From positions 1,152,001-1,216,000 of the forward strand of contig CAXXTB010000002.1 of assembly GCA_963676795.2 (NCBI GenBank): a DNA stretch of 64,000 bases. The letters run 5' to 3'. Below, piece by piece: positions 20,262 to 30,252 of the stretch. How positions within the stretch are numbered: the stretch's first letter is position 1; the number at the start of each line of letters is the position of its first letter. Source of the DNA: Geopsychrobacteraceae bacterium (GTDB lineage Bacteria > Desulfobacterota > Desulfuromonadia > Desulfuromonadales > Geopsychrobacteraceae). The position numbers were made by a program, and so were the translations under genes. The notes beneath the pieces are model-generated. The model was not told the origin of the DNA, did no database searches, and saw nothing but the letters and a program-made list of their open reading frames with translations.

Positions 20262-22025
20262 TTGTCAGAAGGAAATTTTGTGCTGATTAACTCTAAAAAT
20301 AAAGAAACATATCTGCGTTTGATTCGCTACGCATTGCCGTATAAATGGTTTCTGGTTTTCTCTGTTTTTGCGTCTTTGGCTGTTTCCGGAACTGATGTCG
20401 CTATTGCATGGGTGTCCAAACCCTTTGTTGACAAAGTAATCAGGGAAGGGAATGTCACGCTGATGAAGTTGTTGCCAATCGGTGTGATTCTTCTCTATAC
20501 GGTCAAAGGGGCAGCGCGTTACTTTCAGGAATATTTTGTAAAGAATGCTGGTCAGTTGGCAGTTCAGGATATACGCAACGAATCTTTCAAGCATACGATG
20601 TATTTATCGATGCGCTATTTTGCTAAGCAAAAGACAGGCGTTCTGATGTCTCGACTGCTCAATGACATCGGCGTAGTTCAACGTGCAATATCCAGCAATG
20701 TCATAGACTTGATACGTGAGACATTGACTATGATCAGTCTCGTTGTCTATGCCTTTGTGACAGACTGGAAGATGGCCCTTGTGACTTTCATTGTTGTTCT
20801 CGCAACTATCGGTCCGGCGTCGGCTATCGGCAAGAAAATCAAAAAATATTCAAAACGTGGTCAGGCTGCAATCGGAGTACTGACTTCCAGGGTGCAGCAG
20901 AGTTTTTCAGGCATCAAGGTTATCAAGGCCTTCGGAACTGAAGACGACGAGATACGAAAGTTCGAAAAAGAAAACTGGGACCTGTATCTGTTGTTTAGAA
21001 AAACCTTCAAATATTCAGCCGGAACCGCACCTCTTATGGAGATCCTGACGTCCTTCGGAGTCGCCGCATCCCTCTGGTACGGTTTCTCTCGAGTGATATC
21101 TGGCGAAATTACTCAGGGGGAGCTTATCTCCATTATGGTTGCGGCTGTCATGATGTATGGACCTTTGAAGCGGTTGGTTAAGGTTAACAACTCCCTGCAG
21201 GGCGCACTCGGTGCTGCTGAACGGGTGTTCGAATTGATTGATACTCCTATAGAGATCAATGACAAGAAGGACGCACTAATACTGCCCCGGGTTAAGGGAG
21301 ATGTCGTCTTTGAAAGGGTGTCATTTGCCTATGATGAAACTCCTGTCCTTGAGGATTTTTCGGTCAAGGTTCGAGCAGGTGAAGTCATCGCTTTTGTCGG
21401 GGCAAGCGGGGCAGGAAAAACCACTGTCATGGGTTTGCTTAATCGGTTCTTTGAGCCACAATCAGGTTCGATTACTATTGACGGTTACGATATCAAGCAT
21501 GTGACTCAGACCAGCCTGCATGCCAATATGGCACTGGTTGATCAGGAGACCTTTTTGTTTAATGATACGATTATCAACAATATTCGTTATAGCCGTCCAG
21601 ATGCGAGCGATGATGAGGTTCGTGATGCTGCTCGGCTAGCTTATGCTGATGATTTTATTATGGAGATGCCGGAAAACTACGAGTCCGTTATTGGAGATCG
21701 CGGTGTCCGCCTGTCCGGTGGACAACGGCAACGAATCTGTATTGCCCGAGCGATTCTCCGCAATGCACCTCTCCTGCTCCTTGATGAAGCGACCAGTGCC
21801 CTGGATAACGAAAGCGAGGCAATGGTGCAAAAAGCTCTTATCAATCTGATGAAAGATCGTACCACCTTTATTATCGCCCACCGGTTTTCAACGATCGTTC
21901 ATGCCGATAGGATACTTGTTCTGGATCATGGCAAAATTGTTGAGGAGGGAACTCATCAAGATTTGCTGGAAAACGATGGCTATTATCGGCGCTTGTTTGA
22001 AGCTCAGTTTGAGGACAGAGGTTGA
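20262..22025 (+). CDS. msbA: lipid A/LPS flippase ABC transporter
   Basis: TM domain plus NBD (GASGAGKT, LSGGQRQR, DEATSALD); located between lpxB and waaA. Confidence 0.9.
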   Translation: MSEGNFVLINSKNKETYLRLIRYALPYKWFLVFSVFASLAVSGTDVAIAWVSKPFVDKVIREGNVTLMKLLPIGVILLYTVKGAARYFQEYFVKNAGQLAVQDIRNESFKHTMYLSMRYFAKQKTGVLMSRLLNDIGVVQRAISSNVIDLIRETLTMISLVVYAFVTDWKMALVTFIVVLATIGPASAIGKKIKKYSKRGQAAIGVLTSRVQQSFSGIKVIKAFGTEDDEIRKFEKENWDLYLLFRKTFKYSAGTAPLMEILTSFGVAASLWYGFSRVISGEITQGELISIMVAAVMMYGPLKRLVKVNNSLQGALGAAERVFELIDTPIEINDKKDALILPRVKGDVVFERVSFAYDETPVLEDFSVKVRAGEVIAFVGASGAGKTTVMGLLNRFFEPQSGSITIDGYDIKHVTQTSLHANMALVDQETFLFNDTIINNIRYSRPDASDDEVRDAARLAYADDFIMEMPENYESVIGDRGVRLSGGQRQRICIARAILRNAPLLLLDEATSALDNESEAMVQKALINLMKDRTTFIIAHRFSTIVHADRILVLDHGKIVEEGTHQDLLENDGYYRRLFEAQFEDRG

Positions 22026-22690
22026 TGAAACTGCGTGATCAGTTTTTATTGAGCCTGGCTCCGTGGCTTGCATCGAGGCTTGTCCGTATTTTGCATCTGA
22101 CGACCAAAACGGAGATCCTGGGGCTGCAAAACGCCCTTCAGTTCTGGAACGAAAAGAGGAATGTTATACTGGTCAGCTGGCATGATGAACTGTTGATGAT
22201 GCCGATGGCCTATCGTGGTTATGGTGCGCAGATTCTGATCAGTTCGTCAAAAGATGGTGAGTTGATTGCCCGTACGGTCAAATACTGGGGATATGATGCT
22301 GTGCGAGGGTCTTCGAGCCGTGGCGGGACGTCAGCGTTCAGGGAAATGGTCAATTTGTGTAAGCGGCCTCTTGACCTGGCCATTACACCCGATGGTCCCA
22401 GGGGGCCGCGCCACGTTCTGAAAGATGGCGTCCTGCAGTTGGCGCGGTTGGGCGGTCGACCAATTATCCCGATGACCTACGTCTGCAGCAAGGGGTATCG
22501 TTTCTCATCCTGGGATCGTTTCCTCTGCCCATATCCTTTTTGCCGGGCCGTCTATTCATACGGCGAACCAGTTTCATATGCGGAAAAAGAAAGTATCGAG
22601 TCTTTCCGGCAGCGGTTAAGCGCCGCAATGTCATCCAATTACAATAAAGCAAAAGAGCGTTTAGAATCTTATGGTCTTTCAGCTATATAG
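22025..22690 (+). CDS. DUF374 / lysophospholipid acyltransferase-family protein
   Basis: WH, SSSKDGE, RGSSSRGG, ITPDGPRGP, SWDRF; sits immediately upstream of waaA. Confidence 0.85.
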   Translation: MKLRDQFLLSLAPWLASRLVRILHLTTKTEILGLQNALQFWNEKRNVILVSWHDELLMMPMAYRGYGAQILISSSKDGELIARTVKYWGYDAVRGSSSRGGTSAFREMVNLCKRPLDLAITPDGPRGPRHVLKDGVLQLARLGGRPIIPMTYVCSKGYRFSSWDRFLCPYPFCRAVYSYGEPVSYAEKESIESFRQRLSAAMSSNYNKAKERLESYGLSAI

Positions 22691-23963
22691 CGGAGTTCTT
22701 GTTGTGGCAGCCGTCTTTATGTTGCCATATTATCTTCTGCAAAGTTATCGCAGAGGAAAATACCGTGACGGTATTGCTGAGCGCTTCGGTCATTATCGGG
22801 AGTCATTGCTCTTGGCATTGAAAGGAGTTCCTTTTATCTGGGTGCATGCCGTGTCGGTTGGCGAAACCCGCGCGGCAATACCTCTGATCAAGGCGTTACG
22901 CAAACGATACCCTGATCATAAGATCCTGGTCAGTAACGTGACAGAAACCGGTCATCAGATCGCGTCCAGCAGTCAGTGGATTGATCATACGATCTATTTC
23001 CCGTTCGATTTTCCATGGGTTATCCGCAGAGTTTTTTCTCAACTGAAGCCGGAGATGATCGTTATTGTCGAAACCGAACTGTGGCCAAACTTTATCCGCT
23101 ATGCCCATGACGAAGGGATCTCCCTGGCACTCGTTAACGGGCGAATTTCCGACCGCTCATATCCACGTTATCGGAAGTTCAGGTTTCTGTTTTTACAGTT
23201 GCTGAAGAGGTTTTCTGTCTTTTGCATGCAGTCTCAGACCGACAGTGAGCGGATCGTTGCTCTGGGAGCTGATAGGGAAAAGGTAGAAAACACCGGCAAT
23301 CTGAAATACGACTACGAGTTGAAGACCCTTTCAGATGATAAGGCTGCTGAGAAAAAAGCCAGCTATCGGGTGCCTGAAAGTGCCAGGATCATTGTTGCCG
23401 GCAGCACTCATGAAGGCGAAGAGGAACAGTTGCTTGAGGTTTATCGCCGGCTGCGGGAATCCGGAATGACTGAACTGTTTATGATTCTGATTCCCCGTCA
23501 TCCGGAGCGTTGCTCACAATTACAGGACCTGCTCCGTGAGCGTGGCTTTGCCTATCGACTCAGAAGTCAAACCGAACGTCAGGCAGTTTCTCAGCAGAGC
23601 GGTGAAGTTCTGTTGGTCGATACCCTTGGAGAGGTGATCGATTGTTACAGTATCTCCGACCTTGTTTTTGTCGGCGGCAGCCTGGTCAAGGTTGGGGGCC
23701 ATAATATGCTGGAGGCTTCTCTGGTCAGCAAGCCGGTGCTGTTTGGTGCTCACACCCACAACTTCAAGGTAATTTCAGCAAAAATGATCCGTGCCGGTGC
23801 TGGAATCAGGGTTGCCGATAAAAATGACCTGTATGAACAGTGTCGTCTTTTACTGTCAGAACCATCTAGAGCAAGAATCATGGGGCAGGCCGGTCAGGCG
23901 CTGATTGTGGAAAACTCAGGCTCCTCTGAAAGAACAATGCGTCATATCGTCAAGATGCTTTAA
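22671..23963 (+). CDS. waaA: Kdo transferase
   Basis: WVHAVSVGE, ETELWPN, GNLKYD, AGSTH, PRHPER, GGSL...GGHN. Confidence 0.96.
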   Translation: MVFQLYSGVLVVAAVFMLPYYLLQSYRRGKYRDGIAERFGHYRESLLLALKGVPFIWVHAVSVGETRAAIPLIKALRKRYPDHKILVSNVTETGHQIASSSQWIDHTIYFPFDFPWVIRRVFSQLKPEMIVIVETELWPNFIRYAHDEGISLALVNGRISDRSYPRYRKFRFLFLQLLKRFSVFCMQSQTDSERIVALGADREKVENTGNLKYDYELKTLSDDKAAEKKASYRVPESARIIVAGSTHEGEEEQLLEVYRRLRESGMTELFMILIPRHPERCSQLQDLLRERGFAYRLRSQTERQAVSQQSGEVLLVDTLGEVIDCYSISDLVFVGGSLVKVGGHNMLEASLVSKPVLFGAHTHNFKVISAKMIRAGAGIRVADKNDLYEQCRLLLSEPSRARIMGQAGQALIVENSGSSERTMRHIVKML

Positions 23964-23968
23964 GAGTA

Positions 23969-25048
23969 ATGAATAGTTTTTCTTTAATACAGCTACATAA
24001 AAAACTGGTTCAGCGTGATTTCAGTAATCCGCTGAGAGCTTTGTTTTTTTGTTTGTTGATTCCCTTTGCCTGGCTTTACGGCGCTATCGGGTGGATACGG
24101 GCAAAGTTATATCAATTTCAGGTTTTTAACTCCTACCGGTCATCACTGCCGGTCTTGTCCGTAGGGAACCTTGCTGCCGGAGGGACTGGTAAAACACCGA
24201 CCGTTGACTGGCTGGTCAAGGGGTTTCAGCAGAAGGGGAAAAGGGTAGCTGTCTTAAGCCGTGGTTATGGCGGGACTTTTGGAGGGAGGGCTGCTCTTGT
24301 TTCAGATGGCCACAGATTGCTGATGACGGCTTCCGAGTGCGGTGATGAGCCCTGTCTCATAGCTAAACAGAACCCGGGGCTGATTGTTGCAATTGCCAGA
24401 AAGCGTGTCGATGGGCTGAGGATGATTGAAGAGTTAGGTCTCATTGACCTGGTTATTCTGGACGACGCCTTTCAACACCTCGCTGTCAAACGGGATGTTG
24501 ATCTCGTTCTGCTTGATGAACGGTTACCACTGGGGAACGGCTGGCCTCTGCCCGCCGGCAATCTTCGTGAGTTTTCTTCAGCGCTTAAACGGGCTGATTT
24601 TTTCATGTTGACCCGTGCGCAAAGCATGCGTAGTAGTGGTCAGCTGTTCGGAAAACCTGTCTATACCTCTCAGCATCGGCTGTCCAGTACCGCCATTTCC
24701 CTGCAGGGGAAAGTATTGCCTCTGCGTGAATGTATGGAAAAAAAGATTGTAGCCTTTGCAGGAATAGCGAACCCGGAAGATTTTTTTAACTTCCTTGAGG
24801 GAAGCGGAATTCCACTTTTCGCCAAGTTGGCACTGTCTGATCATGTGCAGTATGATGCAGCGACTATCTGTACTCTCAATGAGGTCTCTGAGGATGCCGA
24901 TCTTTTGTTGACAACGGGAAAGGATGCGGTGAAATTGAGATCTGAACTTTTTTCTATCCCCTGCTATCAGGTTCCTTTGGAGATGCATGTCAGTTCAGGC
25001 GAGAGTCTTTTGGACAACCTTCAAAAATGTCTGTGGGGTGAGTATTGA
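23969..25048 (+). CDS. lpxK: tetraacyldisaccharide 4'-kinase
   Basis: VGNLAAGGTGKTP, SRGYG, GDEP, LDDAFQH, LPAGNLRE. Confidence 0.95.
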   Translation: MNSFSLIQLHKKLVQRDFSNPLRALFFCLLIPFAWLYGAIGWIRAKLYQFQVFNSYRSSLPVLSVGNLAAGGTGKTPTVDWLVKGFQQKGKRVAVLSRGYGGTFGGRAALVSDGHRLLMTASECGDEPCLIAKQNPGLIVAIARKRVDGLRMIEELGLIDLVILDDAFQHLAVKRDVDLVLLDERLPLGNGWPLPAGNLREFSSALKRADFFMLTRAQSMRSSGQLFGKPVYTSQHRLSSTAISLQGKVLPLRECMEKKIVAFAGIANPEDFFNFLEGSGIPLFAKLALSDHVQYDAATICTLNEVSEDADLLLTTGKDAVKLRSELFSIPCYQVPLEMHVSSGESLLDNLQKCLWGEY

Positions 25049-25212
25049 TGTTTGATCCGGAGTTGGTGAAATTGCTGGCCTGTCCCGTCTGTAAGGGAAG
25101 TGTCAGGTTGAATGAAACAGGAGATGCTCTTACCTGCGAGCACTGCCGTTTGCGTTTTTCAATACGAGATGATATCCCGATCATGCTGACTGATGAGGCA
25201 GAAGCCTATTGA
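25048..25212 (+). CDS. Trm112-family (YcaR-like) small protein
   Basis: Not in the ORF track (54 aa). Hand translation MFDPELVKLLACPVCKGSVRLNETGDALTCEHCRLRFSIRDDIPIMLTDEAEAY; ATG overlaps the lpxK stop; usual position after lpxK. Confidence 0.9.
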   Translation: MFDPELVKLLACPVCKGSVRLNETGDALTCEHCRLRFSIRDDIPIMLTDEAEAY

Positions 25213-25213
25213 C

Positions 25214-26161
25214 ATGCCTGTGAGTACAGACACAAAAAGAGTTTTGATCTTAAGCGACGGCAAGCCAGGGCATGTCAATCAGTCGATTGCCTTCGCCAGA
25301 CATCTTGACTGTTCTTATCAGATTGAAAGAGTTGATTTTCAAAGTCGGATAGCGAAAATCCTGTCTTATCTCTTCGACAGGGTGGGGATTTATTCCCGTT
25401 TTCTTTTTTCTAGCTCTGTTACGGCACAAGGTTTTGATCTTATCGTTTCTGCCGGTTCCGGGACCTACTACGCTAATAAAACCCTTGCCCGAAAGTTCTC
25501 TGTGAGATCTGCAGCAATCATGCTGCCAAGAGGCTATCGCTATAATTTTGATCTGATTGTCGCGCAGAGTCATGACTATCCCTCCAATCGACCAAACATA
25601 TTGGAAATTCCTATAAACCTGTCTTTTGCAGAACCGCAAGGGCATGTAAGGGGTGTCAATGGGCAAGCTTATGTCTCTGTCATAATCGGCGGGGACAGTT
25701 CTGTCGGAAAGCTGAGTCCGGAAAAGTTAAAGCGACAGCTTGAGGAGATTTTCACATCCTTCCCTCGACACAGATTCTGGCTGACGACATCCAGAAGAAC
25801 GTCTCCCGAGGTTGAGGCTGTTTTGCGGCAATTTCCCTTTGAGTGGAGCGTTTTCTACTCTGAAAGGCAGATAAATCCGATTGGTGATTTTCTGGAATAT
25901 AGTGAATATGTCTTTATTACTGAGGATTCGACATCAATGATCAGTGAGGCTGTCAGTTTTGGTCAGGCAAATGTCGAGATTCTTACATTGTTTGATGGGA
26001 AATCTAAAAAATCGAAATATATGAAGATGATCAATATGCTGGAAGCGCAATCCTGTTTGCATATGTATGATGGCCATTGTGGTAACAGGGGGCGGAAAAT
26101 CAGGCTTGGCCAATTGTTGAAGTCAAGCTCTGTCGTAAATAGGCTAGGTATAGCCCAATGA
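25214..26161 (+). CDS. ELM1/GtrOC1-family putative glycosyltransferase
   Basis: LSDGKPGHVNQS, IIGG, TTSRRT, TEDSTSMISEA motifs. Confidence 0.85.
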   Translation: MPVSTDTKRVLILSDGKPGHVNQSIAFARHLDCSYQIERVDFQSRIAKILSYLFDRVGIYSRFLFSSSVTAQGFDLIVSAGSGTYYANKTLARKFSVRSAAIMLPRGYRYNFDLIVAQSHDYPSNRPNILEIPINLSFAEPQGHVRGVNGQAYVSVIIGGDSSVGKLSPEKLKRQLEEIFTSFPRHRFWLTTSRRTSPEVEAVLRQFPFEWSVFYSERQINPIGDFLEYSEYVFITEDSTSMISEAVSFGQANVEILTLFDGKSKKSKYMKMINMLEAQSCLHMYDGHCGNRGRKIRLGQLLKSSSVVNRLGIAQ

Positions 26162-27279
26162 AAGTTCTCCAGGTTACAGCCTCATTGGAACAGGGGGGAG
26201 TTGAGCGTGGAACGGTAGAAATGGCCGCGTTTATTGTTTCCAAAGGAGCTGCGAGTTATGTCGCTTCGCAGGGGGGGCGTCTTGTCGCTGAACTGGAGCA
26301 AGGGGGGACAAGTCATTTCTGTTTGCCTCTGGCCCGGCGTAATCCTGTCGCTATTCTCTATTCTGCGTTGGCTTTGAAACGTGTTATCCAAAAAGAGGGC
26401 ATAGATCTTGTTCATGCTCGTTCCAGAGCCCCGGCCTGGGCGGCGTTTCTTGCCAGCAAGATGACCGGAGTGAAGTTCGTCACCACGTTTCATGGCACGC
26501 ATCGGATTCAGAATGGGCTGAAAAGGTTCTATAACGCAGTCATGGTCCGTGGGATCCGCGTCATTGCTATCAGTGGATTCATAAAGGAGCATATCGTCAA
26601 AAACTATCAGGTTGAAGCGGACCGGATCGATATCGCCCGAAGAGGTTTTGATCCGCTGGTTTTCAATAGAGACCTGATCGACCCTATTGTTCTTGGAGAT
26701 TTAAGGACCAGTTATTCCCTGACCGCTGAGATTCCTGTCATCTGTTTGCCGGGGCGCCTGACTCGTTGGAAGGGGCAGGAACTGTTTCTCAGTGCTTTGG
26801 CAAATCTGAAGGACCTTTCCTGGCAAGCCCTGATTGTCGGTGGTGCGACAAAGAAAAGCTCCTATGTTGACGACCTTAAGCGTCTCGTTGCTGAAAACGG
26901 GCTCTCTGATCGTGTTGTTTTTACCGGGAATCAGAAAGATATCGCTCCCTTTTACGCAATATCTGATGTTGTTGTTTCGGCATCACTGGAGCCAGAGGCG
27001 TTCGGGCGCGTTGCCGTCGAGGCTCAGGCCATGGGAGTGCCGGTTATAGCATCTGCTCACGGGGGGGCATTGGAGACTGTCAGAGATGGCGTGACCGGAT
27101 GGCTGTTTGCGAATGGAGATGTCGGTGACCTGACAGATAAATTAAGAGATTCCTTAAGCTCGGAACTGATGCGCAGAAAAATGGGTGAACAGGCCAGGGC
27201 GTGGGTCTGGGATAATTTCACCATAGATAAAATGTGCTCAGCGGAGTGGGAGACCTATATTAAGGTACTCATGAAATAA
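26158..27279 (+). CDS. GT4 glycosyltransferase
   Basis: GGVERGT, HARSRAPAW, PGRLTRWKGQ, EPEAFGRVAVEAQAMG. Confidence 0.9.
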   Translation: MKVLQVTASLEQGGVERGTVEMAAFIVSKGAASYVASQGGRLVAELEQGGTSHFCLPLARRNPVAILYSALALKRVIQKEGIDLVHARSRAPAWAAFLASKMTGVKFVTTFHGTHRIQNGLKRFYNAVMVRGIRVIAISGFIKEHIVKNYQVEADRIDIARRGFDPLVFNRDLIDPIVLGDLRTSYSLTAEIPVICLPGRLTRWKGQELFLSALANLKDLSWQALIVGGATKKSSYVDDLKRLVAENGLSDRVVFTGNQKDIAPFYAISDVVVSASLEPEAFGRVAVEAQAMGVPVIASAHGGALETVRDGVTGWLFANGDVGDLTDKLRDSLSSELMRRKMGEQARAWVWDNFTIDKMCSAEWETYIKVLMK

Positions 27280-27292
27280 ACTCGTAACGTCG

Positions 27293-27321
27293 TTGCTTAT
27301 ACGCTTAAATTGTCCTATTAT
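27293..27321 (+). promoter_or_regulatory. candidate internal sigma70 promoter
   Basis: TTGCTT-17bp-TATTAT in the 80-bp gap upstream of the gene at 27360. Confidence 0.5.
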
Positions 27322-27359
27322 GTCAGGCCTTTATATTTGAGAGAAATGGATTGGAATTT

Positions 27360-28400
27360 ATGCGTGTTTTACATATAGCTTACCAGCAGTTAAGGCGTTA
27401 CGGAAAAACCAGAGTCAGTTGGGCACAGAAGCTGACCAACGGTCTGATCAAGAATGATCATCTTGTTCAGGTGTTCAGCGATCGGGATGTTGCGGCATTC
27501 GAAGCCCCATTGGGAATTCGTGACCTGGGTAAAGGGAAAGCGAACAAAAAGCTGTTGGAGACAGTCGCCGCATTTGACCCGGATCTGGTCATTGCCGGGC
27601 ATTGCGACATCATTACCAATGAAACCCTGAAGCAGATTCGGCAACTCAAGCCACAGGCGGCTATTGTCCATTGTAACAATGATCCCCTCTTCGTTCCTGA
27701 GAACGCTGACAGAATCAGGTACCGTGCCGAGGTCGTTGACGCAGTTTTTGTCTCGACAGGAAGGCGCGAGCTTGAAACATTCAAGGACTGTGGGGCTCGT
27801 CTCTATCACATGCCCAATCCTGTTGATCCTGCGATTGAAAATCTGGATAATTCAGCCCGCACTGATCTGCCAATTGATCTGTTGTTTTGCAGCAACAGTA
27901 ACAACTATACCAAGCGTCTCGAGATGGTTAAGTGGCTGAAGGATTCACTTGCCGGTGAAATGAATTTCAAAACCTACGGCAGTTTCGGAGAGCCACCAGT
28001 CTGGGGGCGTGATTATGAACGTGCACTTGGGCAGACCAAGATGGGGCTCAATCTCAATCGTCAGGATGGAGACTATTGGTACTCCTCTGCACGGATGGCT
28101 CAGCTGGGAGGAAATGGGATCCTCCAGTTTAGCCACAGCGGTCCCCGTTTCGACGAATTGTTCCCTTCCGAATCGATCGTATACTTTAGTGATGAGACCG
28201 AATTGCTGGCTTCAATCAGAGAGTTTCATCACGACGATGATAAGCGTCAGGCCTGGGCGGCCAGGGCTCGGGAGTTTTTTCACGCCAAGATGAATAATAC
28301 TCTGTATGCCCAATACATTCTGGAGGCTTCATTACTGCTTCCCTTCAGTTCCGACTACGTCTGGGCGCAGGATATCAACCAGGACGGGTCGCTGAAATAA
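27360..28400 (+). CDS. glycosyltransferase, CgeB/Glyco_trans_1_2-like
   Basis: KLTNGLIKNDH..FSDRD N-terminus; KMGLNLNR...YSSARMAQLGGNG C-terminal GT-B motif. Confidence 0.7.
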   Translation: MRVLHIAYQQLRRYGKTRVSWAQKLTNGLIKNDHLVQVFSDRDVAAFEAPLGIRDLGKGKANKKLLETVAAFDPDLVIAGHCDIITNETLKQIRQLKPQAAIVHCNNDPLFVPENADRIRYRAEVVDAVFVSTGRRELETFKDCGARLYHMPNPVDPAIENLDNSARTDLPIDLLFCSNSNNYTKRLEMVKWLKDSLAGEMNFKTYGSFGEPPVWGRDYERALGQTKMGLNLNRQDGDYWYSSARMAQLGGNGILQFSHSGPRFDELFPSESIVYFSDETELLASIREFHHDDDKRQAWAARAREFFHAKMNNTLYAQYILEASLLLPFSSDYVWAQDINQDGSLK

Positions 28401-29101
28401 TGCTCAGGCTGTCATTGGAAAAACCGTTTGCCCAGGGGGGCAACCGTCTTTGCTTTATCCACCCTGAAGATTCTGGCCTTTGTGTAAAGGTACGCCGCCC
28501 GGATTTTACTCTCGAAGATCTGCGCCGAAAAAAAGGTTTTCCTAAGAGTTTGCGTCCCCTCTCATCCTTTGATGATAATCTGGATGAATACAGGGTCATG
28601 TGTCGTTTTAAAAAAAACTACGATGATGTCATATACCGCCATGTCAGCCGCTGTTACGGTTTCGTTGAGACCGATTTGGGTAAAGGACTTGTCTCCGAAC
28701 TGGTTTGTGATGAAGATCGAAAGGTTTCGCAAACTCTGAAAAAATATATATGGGACCACGGCCAGGACGATAAGATAATGGCGGCTGCGAAGGAGTTGGC
28801 CGACTTCTGGCTGCAGCTCAGGGTGCCTTCCAGAGATCTGTTGCTTCACAATATAGTTGTCCAGATGGAGGCGCAAAGAATAGTGCGGCTGGTCGTAATA
28901 GATGGGCTGGGTAGTTCAGGACTTGTGCCTTTCGCCTGTTTGCCCGCTTCAATGCAGACGGCAAAGGTTGAGCGAAAGGTGAAGAACTTTTATGCACGTA
29001 TTGACAGGCTTGCTGTCCAGCGTCAGAGAGCTTATGGGACTAAGTTTCCAGGCTATCATGGGCAATTGATTCATGATGGCAGCGAATGTCAAAAAAAATG
29101 A
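28400..29101 (+). CDS. YrbL-family kinase-like protein (copy 1)
   Basis: FAQGGNRLCFIHP, CVKV, YGFVETDLGKGLV, RDLLLHNIV, LVVIDGLG. Confidence 0.8.
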   Translation: MLRLSLEKPFAQGGNRLCFIHPEDSGLCVKVRRPDFTLEDLRRKKGFPKSLRPLSSFDDNLDEYRVMCRFKKNYDDVIYRHVSRCYGFVETDLGKGLVSELVCDEDRKVSQTLKKYIWDHGQDDKIMAAAKELADFWLQLRVPSRDLLLHNIVVQMEAQRIVRLVVIDGLGSSGLVPFACLPASMQTAKVERKVKNFYARIDRLAVQRQRAYGTKFPGYHGQLIHDGSECQKK

Positions 29102-29179
29102 GTTTGAAAAAATTGGTCTATGTCGGTTTTGTGATTCCTTGTTGTTAAGGTTTTGTCAAACTGACGGCTGATATTATGG

Positions 29180-30235
29180 TTGAGGGTACTCTTGTCTGAA
29201 ATAGCAAAATACAGAGTCGCGCAGGTTCTCGCGGGTGCAGAGTTCGGTGGTGCGGAGAATTTCTTCGTTCGTCTGGTCTCAGGACTACATGCTTCCGGAA
29301 GGGGGGAGCAGGCAGCCTTTATTCGCAGACATCAGCATCGTATCGATGCCTTACGTTCTGTTGGTGTAGATGTCAGAGGTTTTCGTTTTGGACGCCGGCT
29401 TAATTTCCTCGATCGACATCGTTATCTCAAGGCGTTGAGGGAATTATCACCTGAGATCGTCATGACGTGGATGAATCGTGCCAGCGGTCTTACGCCCAAA
29501 GGGCCTTATACTCTGGTCAGTCGCCTGGGCCATTATTACAATCTGAAATATTATCGGCACGCAGATTACTGGATCGGTATATCGAAAGGCATTTGCGAAC
29601 ATCTGGTCAGCGGCGGAATGCCTGCTGCCAAAGTTTTTCATATCCCCAATTTCGCCGATGAAACCCCTGTGAGCCCTTTGCCCCGCGACAGCTTTGAGAC
29701 CCCGGCTGGTCCGTTGCTGTTGGCAGCAGGTCGATTGCATGTCAACAAGGGATTTGATGTGCTGCTTAAAGCCTTGGTTCAGATTCCCGATGCGACCCTG
29801 TGGCTGGCAGGTTCAGGTCCGGAAGAGTCTTCTCTTAAGGCTCTTTGTGCTGATCTGAACCTTAATCATCGCGTCCGCTTCCTGGGTTGGCGTAGCGATG
29901 TGACCAGTCTGATGAAGACCGCTGATATGTTTATCTGTCCTTCCCGTCATGAGGGGCTTGGGTCTATCGTTATGGAATCCTGGGCGCATGGTTGTCCAAT
30001 TGTTGCGACCGCTTCCCAGGGGCCCGGAGAGTTGGTCGATGACGGTATGACCGGAATTTTGACCCCGGTCGATGATGTTTCCGCTCTTTCTGAAGGTATA
30101 CTGGCAGTTATGCACAATCCGCAACTGGCCTCTTCTTTAGCCGAAGGTGGTGCGCAGGAATATCAGTCTAAATACAGTCGTCAGGTTGTTGTACGTCAGT
30201 ATGAAGAACTGTATGCGGCTCTCCTGAAGCGTTAA
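29180..30235 (+). CDS. GT4 glycosyltransferase (start uncertain)
   Basis: AGAEFGGAENFF, GRLHVNKGFD, PSRHEGLGSIVMESW. Confidence 0.9.
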   Translation: MRVLLSEIAKYRVAQVLAGAEFGGAENFFVRLVSGLHASGRGEQAAFIRRHQHRIDALRSVGVDVRGFRFGRRLNFLDRHRYLKALRELSPEIVMTWMNRASGLTPKGPYTLVSRLGHYYNLKYYRHADYWIGISKGICEHLVSGGMPAAKVFHIPNFADETPVSPLPRDSFETPAGPLLLAAGRLHVNKGFDVLLKALVQIPDATLWLAGSGPEESSLKALCADLNLNHRVRFLGWRSDVTSLMKTADMFICPSRHEGLGSIVMESWAHGCPIVATASQGPGELVDDGMTGILTPVDDVSALSEGILAVMHNPQLASSLAEGGAQEYQSKYSRQVVVRQYEELYAALLKR

Positions 30236-30252
30236 TTTGCTGAGAAAAGGTC

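Noticed and set aside
28528..29098. Three A7-A8 tracts in the first YrbL-like gene as possible phase-variation sites
   Set aside because: Short, encode Lys runs, and the frame is intact; poly-A of this length is weak evidence.
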